Assembly: GCA_902494515.1 (NCBI GenBank)
Contig: CABUTS010000002.1
Span: 9,912-73,911, forward strand
Length of the DNA: 64,000 nt
Source of the DNA: an uncultured Muribaculaceae bacterium
GTDB lineage: Bacteria; Bacteroidota; Bacteroidia; Bacteroidales; Muribaculaceae
Direction of reading: 5' to 3'
In this document: piece after piece, positions 57,934 through 64,000 of the stretch
Layout: every line of letters starts with the position of its first letter
Numbering within the stretch: the first letter of the stretch is position 1
Made by a program: the position numbers and the translations under genes
The notes under the pieces: model-generated
The model's input: the letters and a program-made list of their open reading frames with translations, nothing else
Told to the model about the DNA's origin: nothing
Database searches by the model: none

Positions 57934-60654
57934 ATGGAAAAGGTAAAAGCAATCAAAATTATGCGGCTTACAGCGCTTCTGGCGGTCATTTCGGGCTCGC
58001 CGATGTCGCTTTTTCCCCTCTCCTCCCCCACTGCAAAAAATCAACTTCCGCCTGCCGCGAAGGACTCGGTCGCCGCTCCACGGACTGATTCCCTGGCCGC
58101 CCGCCAAACCACCCGGATTGATTCCCTGCTGGCTTACTACGACAGCATCGAAAACGCCATCGAAGCGAAAAAACAGCTCGGCGAAGTCGTGGTGACCGCC
58201 CGCGAAAGCCGCGGGGTGACATCGTCGTCGGTCATTGACCGCCAGGCGATGGCCCACTTGCAGCCCTCCTCCTTCTCCGACCTCCTTGAACTCCTCCCCG
58301 GCCATATCTCCGCCGACCCGCAGATGGGCCAGGCCAACCTGATTTCGCTCCGCGAAGCCTCACAACCCTCCTCCGACTATTACTCCACCTCGTCGCTCGG
58401 CACCTCCTTCGTCATCGACGGCGTCCCGGTCAACACCTCCGCCGAGCTGCAGCGCACCCCGGTCAGCGACTACGCCGGACGCCTCTCCACCGGCAAGGGT
58501 GTCGACATGCGCTCCCTCTCCACTGACGACATCGAAAGCGTCGAAGTCATCCGCGGCATCCCCTCGGCCGAATACGGCGAAGTCACCTCCGGAGTGGTCA
58601 ATATCCGGCGCAAAAGCGGCGTCACCGGACTCGAAGCCCGCTTCAAAGCCGATATGCAGAGCCAGCTTTTCTACGTCGGCAAAGGCTTCGCCCTGAACAA
58701 AAACGCCGCCGGAGCCTCAACCGCCGGTAACGCTGCCGGAAACGCCGCCGGAAACCACATCCTCAACCTCTCGGCCGACTACCTCGACAGCCGCATCGAC
58801 CCGCGCAACGCCCGCGACAACTTCAGGCGCGTAAACCTCTCGGCCCGAGGCAATTTCAGTTTCCGTTCCTCCCGGTTCGCCACGACACTTACCACCTCGC
58901 TGACCTACACAGGCACCTTCGAGCGCGACTTCAACGACCCGGACCTCACCGTCAACAACACCATCGACAAATACCGTCAGGACCGCAACGCCCTCAGCTG
59001 GCAGGGTGTCCTGAACCTCCGGGCCCTCAAATCCCCGGTATTCAACGGCCTGACTCTCACCGCCGGCCTATCCTACGCCGACGAACACCTCGCCCAGCAG
59101 CGCACCGTCGCCTCCTCGCGCATCTACCCGATGCCGGTATCCACAAAGCCCGGCTCCTGGAACGTCGGTTTCCTCCCGATGCTATATCTCGCCGACTACG
59201 ACGTCTACGGCAAACCGCTGACCGCCTGCGTCAAGGCCGCCACCCGCCTGCGTCTGAACTTCGGTAAGTTTGAAAACCAGCTCCGCGCCGGGGCCGAATG
59301 GAACTTCTCCAAGAACCTCGGCCGCGGTGAGGTCTATGACCTCGAGCGTCCGTTGGTGGCCGGAAACACCTCGCGACCACGCCCGTTCCGCGACGTCCCC
59401 GCCATGAACCAGCTTTCGGCCTACGCTGAACTTGTCACCGAGGTCACCGTCGCCGAACAGAGGCTGCAGCTCCAGGCCGGCGTCCGCGAAACCCAGCTTC
59501 TCGGTCTCCCCACGGACTATTACCTCCATCTCCGCCCCTATTTCGACCCCCGCGTAAACCTGAAATACACCTCCTCGCCCGTAGCCATGTTCGGCGAATA
59601 TGTCACCTTCGAGGCTGCCGGCGGTTTCGGCTGGCACACCAAGATGCCCGTGTCCGCGTACCTCTACCCCGACCCGAAATACACCGACTTCGTCCAGCTC
59701 AACTACTACCACAACGACGAACAATACCGCGTGGTGAATGTCCGCACCTTCGTCGACGACCTCGCGAACCCAGGTCTGAAGGCCGCCCGCAACTTCAAAT
59801 GGGAAGTACGCGGCGACATCTTCTGCAACGGCAACCGTCTGTCGGTCACCTACTTCCGCGAGAAAATGACCGACGCCTTCCGCATGGCTCCGGAGCTTCG
59901 CCTTTATGAATATCTCCTCTACGACGCCACGGGCTACGACCCTGCAGCCCCGGGCGCCAAGCCGCTCCCCGAAGGGCTCCCCGCCACCGTCGAGAAGCGC
60001 GTCAACCTCCTGAGCAAACCCTCCAACTCCTCCTCGATCAGGAAGGAAGGGATCGAGTTCTCCCTCTCCTCACGCCGTTTTCCGCGGCTCCATACCCGCC
60101 TGACGGTGAACGGCGCATGGTTCCGCACGACCTTCGCCAACTCCGGACCACTCTGGTACAAGCCGTCAATTATCGTCAACAACAAGGAGCTGCAGTATGT
60201 CGGCCTATACGACGACCGCGACGGTCACGTCAGCCAGTCGTTCAATGCCAACCTCACCCTCGACACCGACCTTCCCCGCCTGGGTCTGAACCTCTCGCTG
60301 ACGATGCAGAATGTATGGTTCACATCAACCAGACAGCTGCGCCGCAGCGGCATACCGATGGGCTATGTCGGCGAAGACTTGGTCTACCACGTCTGGGACC
60401 CGGCCGATTCCTCCGACCCCTACCTCAGCCAGCTCATCCGCCGCTACTCCCCCTCGGCCTTCGACGAGAACCGCATCCCCTACGCCTCGAATTTCAACCT
60501 CAAGGCCACCAAGAAGCTGCTCAACGACAAGCTGATGATTGCGCTGTTCGTGAACCGGATCATCAGCATCACCCCCGACTATGAGCTCTACGGCGTGGTT
60601 CACCGCCGATATTCCTCCCCCTATTTCGGCATGGAGCTGAACCTGAAACTTTGA
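57934..60654 (+). CDS. TonB-dependent receptor (start 57934 or 57961)
   Basis: LGEVVVTA, HLQPSSFSDLLELLPG, IESVEVIRGIPSAEYG, C-terminal YFGMELNLKL. Confidence 0.9.
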   Translation: MEKVKAIKIMRLTALLAVISGSPMSLFPLSSPTAKNQLPPAAKDSVAAPRTDSLAARQTTRIDSLLAYYDSIENAIEAKKQLGEVVVTARESRGVTSSSVIDRQAMAHLQPSSFSDLLELLPGHISADPQMGQANLISLREASQPSSDYYSTSSLGTSFVIDGVPVNTSAELQRTPVSDYAGRLSTGKGVDMRSLSTDDIESVEVIRGIPSAEYGEVTSGVVNIRRKSGVTGLEARFKADMQSQLFYVGKGFALNKNAAGASTAGNAAGNAAGNHILNLSADYLDSRIDPRNARDNFRRVNLSARGNFSFRSSRFATTLTTSLTYTGTFERDFNDPDLTVNNTIDKYRQDRNALSWQGVLNLRALKSPVFNGLTLTAGLSYADEHLAQQRTVASSRIYPMPVSTKPGSWNVGFLPMLYLADYDVYGKPLTACVKAATRLRLNFGKFENQLRAGAEWNFSKNLGRGEVYDLERPLVAGNTSRPRPFRDVPAMNQLSAYAELVTEVTVAEQRLQLQAGVRETQLLGLPTDYYLHLRPYFDPRVNLKYTSSPVAMFGEYVTFEAAGGFGWHTKMPVSAYLYPDPKYTDFVQLNYYHNDEQYRVVNVRTFVDDLANPGLKAARNFKWEVRGDIFCNGNRLSVTYFREKMTDAFRMAPELRLYEYLLYDATGYDPAAPGAKPLPEGLPATVEKRVNLLSKPSNSSSIRKEGIEFSLSSRRFPRLHTRLTVNGAWFRTTFANSGPLWYKPSIIVNNKELQYVGLYDDRDGHVSQSFNANLTLDTDLPRLGLNLSLTMQNVWFTSTRQLRRSGIPMGYVGEDLVYHVWDPADSSDPYLSQLIRRYSPSAFDENRIPYASNFNLKATKKLLNDKLMIALFVNRIISITPDYELYGVVHRRYSSPYFGMELNLKL

Positions 60655-60659
60655 ATAGA

Positions 60660-60700
60660 AACTCATCAACTCACCAACTCATCAACTCATCAACACTCAT
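60660..60700. repeat. AACTCATC short tandem repeat in the intergenic spacer
   Basis: aactcatc-aactcacc-aactcatc-aactcatc-aacactcat. Confidence 0.85.
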
Positions 60701-61924
60701 ATGAAAAAATTCCACAGCCTTGTCCTCAGCGCCCTCCTGATTGGCGCCGTGGTCACCTCCTGCTCCGACTCCGGCGAGCCCGCAGAGGCGAAAGTCGACG
60801 TCACCGTCAGCAACACCCTCCCCGACGACTTCACCGGCGCTGCCGTAAGCTCCGCCTCGATGACCTTCACCGAGTTGAACACCCGGCAGTCCTCCACCTT
60901 CACCTTCGACGGCGCCGATGCTGTCTGGGAAATCGACCTCGCCCCCGGTCTCTATGACTACACCGGCGAAATCAACTACACCTCCACCCTGCCGGACGGG
61001 TCCGAAAAAGCCTGGCGCCTCCGCGCAGTCGGGAACTCCGTGAACGTTGTCCGGAGCACCGCAATCACCCCCTCATGGTTCAAGGCTTCGCTCAACAGCG
61101 AAGGTTTGATTATCAGCGAAATCTACGCCACCGGCTCACCGAAGGCCGACGGCAAGTCGGGTTTGCGCGACGCTTATATCCGTATCTATAACAACTCCTC
61201 CGAGACCCTCTACGCCGACGGTCTGGGCTTCGTTGAGTCCGACTTCACCAACTCCACCGCCAGCGACTACCAGATTCTGACCCCGGCCAACGACCGCAGC
61301 GTCAACTTCACCGTCGGCGCCGTATGGGTGATTCCCGGCAACGGACAGGATGTGCCCATAGCTCCCGGAGAGTACATCACCATCGCCGATCAGGCCATCG
61401 ACTGGAGCGAGCAGGTCAGCGGTGCCCTCGACCTCACCGGCGCCGACTTCGAATGGTATGACAACCACGCCATGGATACCGACAATCCCGCCGTCGCCAA
61501 CCTCGACAAGTGGTTCTCCTACTCCGCGACCATCTGGATCATGAACAACCAGTGTCTCAAGTCCTACGCGCTCGTGCGTTTCCCGCAGGGCACAACCGCC
61601 GAAAGCTACCTTGCCGGATACAAGGGTGAATACGACTACATCTCCACCACCGGCTCGCAGATGCACAAGTCCAAAGCCTACCTCATCCCCAACGGCTGGA
61701 TCATCGACGGTGTGAACCTGAGCAACAGCGAGCAGTTTGTGCGCGGCGCTCTCGCCCCCTCGATTGACTCCTCCTACGCTTCGGTTTCCGACAAAAAATC
61801 CGACCCGAACCGTTTCGGCCGGAAGTTCGTGCGCAAAACCTCCTACACAGCCCCCGACGGACGCGTTGTCCTTCAGGACACCGACGATTCCGCCGCCGAC
61901 TTCCAGCTGGTTTCCGTAAAATAA
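60701..61924 (+). CDS. DUF4876-like lipoprotein
   Basis: Lipobox VTSC, IISEIYATG, YIRIYNNS..LYADGL, ADFEWY, LQDTDDSAADF. Confidence 0.8.
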   Translation: MKKFHSLVLSALLIGAVVTSCSDSGEPAEAKVDVTVSNTLPDDFTGAAVSSASMTFTELNTRQSSTFTFDGADAVWEIDLAPGLYDYTGEINYTSTLPDGSEKAWRLRAVGNSVNVVRSTAITPSWFKASLNSEGLIISEIYATGSPKADGKSGLRDAYIRIYNNSSETLYADGLGFVESDFTNSTASDYQILTPANDRSVNFTVGAVWVIPGNGQDVPIAPGEYITIADQAIDWSEQVSGALDLTGADFEWYDNHAMDTDNPAVANLDKWFSYSATIWIMNNQCLKSYALVRFPQGTTAESYLAGYKGEYDYISTTGSQMHKSKAYLIPNGWIIDGVNLSNSEQFVRGALAPSIDSSYASVSDKKSDPNRFGRKFVRKTSYTAPDGRVVLQDTDDSAADFQLVSVK

Positions 61925-61925
61925 T

Positions 61926-63293
61926 ATGCTCCGACAACTGCTCCTGATATCGCTGACGGTCGGTCTCCCGGTGCTCGCCGCCGCCCGGGAGGCCAACCCG
62001 GCGCTGCTCCCCTTCATAGCCGACGCCTCCCGCACCGAGGCCTCAGTCGCCGTCGATTATCGCGACGCCGACGACACCAGCCCGGTGCAGCTCGGATCCG
62101 GTCAAACCCTCGGCCGGTTTTCCGCCGAGACGTTCCAGCGCATCGGCCGCAACGCTGCCGTCCACGGCGACGCCTCCTTCACCTTCGGCAAAATCCGGGA
62201 GGTCCGCTGGAACAATTGCGCCGACTTCCACCTCGTCGGGCCCTATGTTCTTGGGGATTCCGTCGGCGGCGACCTCTCGCGCAAGGCTTACACCTTCTCG
62301 GGAGCATACGCCGCAGCCGCAGGCCGATGGAGCTGGGGGGCCGGGGCCGGGTACCGCGCCCAGATAGACTATCGCGGCCACGACCCGCGTCTGCGCATCA
62401 TCGTTTCCGACCTCGACATCACCGCCGGCGGCTCTTATTCGTTTTCCAAAGTCCGCATCGGCGTTTCCGCCGGGCTGCGGGTCTACAACCAGACCTCCGA
62501 CCTTAAGTTCTACAACCCGCTGAACGACATCCGGACCTACGCCCTGACCGGCCTCGGCTCCTTCTACCCCCGCTTTTCCGGCAATTCCTCGGAGAACACC
62601 GCCTATCAGGGAATCGGCTGGAACGCCGGGATGCAGCTCAGGCTGCCTTCAGCGGATTCAATGAGCCAAAGGCGCGCCCCTGCGGGGTTCTCCTGTTCCG
62701 CCGACCTGTTTGCTTCGGGAATCACCATCAGCGAGATTCTCCGCGACTTCAACAACCTGACTCTGGCCAGGACCGCGAACCTGACTTTCGGCGGTAACGT
62801 CCGGATTGTCAGGGGATTCGGCAGCTGGAGCGCCGGTGCTGAAATCTCGGCGCACCACCGCTCGAAGGAGGGCACCGAGAATCTGTTCGGGTCCTCCTCA
62901 GGCAACAGCTACGAGGTTATCGGCTCGCGCAAGAACTACACCCTCGGCGAATTCAGCGCCGGGCTGGCTCTCCCCCTCCGCTTTTACCAGGGTGCAAACG
63001 AGTTCGCGGTCAGGCCCTCGGTCGCCTATAGCCGACTGACAGAGAAGCTGTTATCGCCCCGCCGCGAGCTTACCTCCGATGCGTTCACTCCGGCGCTGGA
63101 GCTGCGATGGGTCCGTCCGCTCAGCGGCCGCTGCAGCTTTGCCATCGATCTCCGCGGCAGCTACGCCATCGCCGGCAACGCCAGAATGAACCTCTTCGGC
63201 CAGAGCCCAGAAGCCATCCTATCCCCCGACCTGCTGCACAACCTCCTCGCCACTGGTCACGCCGCCAGCCTCTCTTTCTCTGTAATCTTCTGA
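61926..63293 (+). CDS. outer-membrane beta-barrel protein (DUF6850-like)
   Basis: Signal peptide, PYVLGDSVGG, YRGHDPR, alternating beta pattern, terminal Phe. Confidence 0.7.
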   Translation: MLRQLLLISLTVGLPVLAAAREANPALLPFIADASRTEASVAVDYRDADDTSPVQLGSGQTLGRFSAETFQRIGRNAAVHGDASFTFGKIREVRWNNCADFHLVGPYVLGDSVGGDLSRKAYTFSGAYAAAAGRWSWGAGAGYRAQIDYRGHDPRLRIIVSDLDITAGGSYSFSKVRIGVSAGLRVYNQTSDLKFYNPLNDIRTYALTGLGSFYPRFSGNSSENTAYQGIGWNAGMQLRLPSADSMSQRRAPAGFSCSADLFASGITISEILRDFNNLTLARTANLTFGGNVRIVRGFGSWSAGAEISAHHRSKEGTENLFGSSSGNSYEVIGSRKNYTLGEFSAGLALPLRFYQGANEFAVRPSVAYSRLTEKLLSPRRELTSDAFTPALELRWVRPLSGRCSFAIDLRGSYAIAGNARMNLFGQSPEAILSPDLLHNLLATGHAASLSFSVIF

Positions 63294-63308
63294 AAACAAA
63301 TGATATAA

Positions 63309-64000
63309 ATGGAAAATATAATCTCCGTACGGAATCTCTCGCAGCGCTATGGCCACGGACGGCAGATCTACGAGAACCTCTCGTTTGACGTCCCCCGCGG
63401 CTCCCTCCTCGGGCTGCTCGGGAAAAACGGCACCGGGAAAACCACCACCATCAACATCCTGATGGGGTTCCTGAAGCCGCAGTCGGGCCATTGCTCGATT
63501 TTCGGCGAGGAAATCACCGCGCTCCGTCCCGAAACCCGGGCCCGAATCGCCCTGCTGCTCGAAGGCCACGTCCAGTATTCCTTCATGACCATCGCCGGCA
63601 TCGAGAAATTCTACTCCCGGTTCTACCCCCGCTGGAACCGCGACGCCTACTACGGCCTGATGGAGAAGCTCCGCGTCTCCCCCGGCCAGAAAATTTCCTC
63701 GATGTCCAACGGCCAGCGCTCGCAGGTGGCCCTCGGTCTGATTCTCGCCCAGAACGCCGACCTGTTGGTGCTCGACGACTTCTCGCTCGGCCTTGACCCA
63801 GGCTACCGCCGTCTGTTCGCCGACTACCTCCGCGAGTTCGTCAAAGCCGAAGGGAAAACCGTATTCATGACCTCCCACATCATCCAGGACCTCGAGCGCC
63901 TGATCGACGACTGCATCATCCTCGATTACGGTAAAATCCTGACCCATAAGCCGGTAAAGGAGCTGATGTCCACCCTTCATCTCTATACCCTCCCCTGCCC
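63309..64000 (+). CDS. ABC transporter ATP-binding protein (runs off the window end; absent from the ORF track)
   Basis: Translated by hand from ATG 63309: MENIISVRNL..GLLGKNGTGKTT..MSNGQRSQ..LDDFSLGLD. Confidence 0.88.
   Translation, partial: MENIISVRNLSQRYGHGRQIYENLSFDVPRGSLLGLLGKNGTGKTTTINILMGFLKPQSGHCSIFGEEITALRPETRARIALLLEGHVQYSFMTIAGIEKFYSRFYPRWNRDAYYGLMEKLRVSPGQKISSMSNGQRSQVALGLILAQNADLLVLDDFSLGLDPGYRRLFADYLREFVKAEGKTVFMTSHIIQDLERLIDDCIILDYGKILTHKPVKELMSTLHLYTLPC

Overview
Bacteroidales genomic DNA (TAnnTTTG promoters, tmRNA tag GENNYALAA and T9SS-type C-terminal tails suggest a Muribaculaceae/Prevotella-like gut organism). Positions 1 to about 39.63 kb are the int-proximal part of a CTnDOT-like integrative conjugative element sitting at the 3' end of ssrA (tmRNA). 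Its order is integrase, two HTH excisionase-like genes, DUF3945, a degenerate Exc/TopoIII, an RteR-like sRNA, DUF1896 and a giant methylase-helicase. Next comes a ~20.5 kb redox/hydrolase cargo with one intact IS in place of tetQ-rteA, then rteB-like, rteC and mobCBA. The tra genes presumably lie off the left edge. The most interesting signal is a regulatory circuit readable from the sequence. (1) The seed of the sRNA (GGAUUUAGUGGU) is complementary to sites just upstream of the start codons of int, xis, exc, DUF1896, rteC, mobC and mobA. (2) The sRNA has a 23-nt near-perfect complement in the rteC 3' UTR, a candidate sponge. (3) The sRNA terminator has a built-in upstream antiterminator. (4) One fixed-spacing bipartite promoter motif is shared by the cargo operons and the kinase-less pseudo-receiver rteB, which would link cargo induction to mobility. 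All of this is inferred from sequence alone. Positions 40-64 kb are GC-richer host chromosome (class A beta-lactamase, uxuAB, crcB, Zn ABC genes, PPIase, DEAD helicase, and a TonB/DUF4876/barrel/ABC locus running off the right edge).
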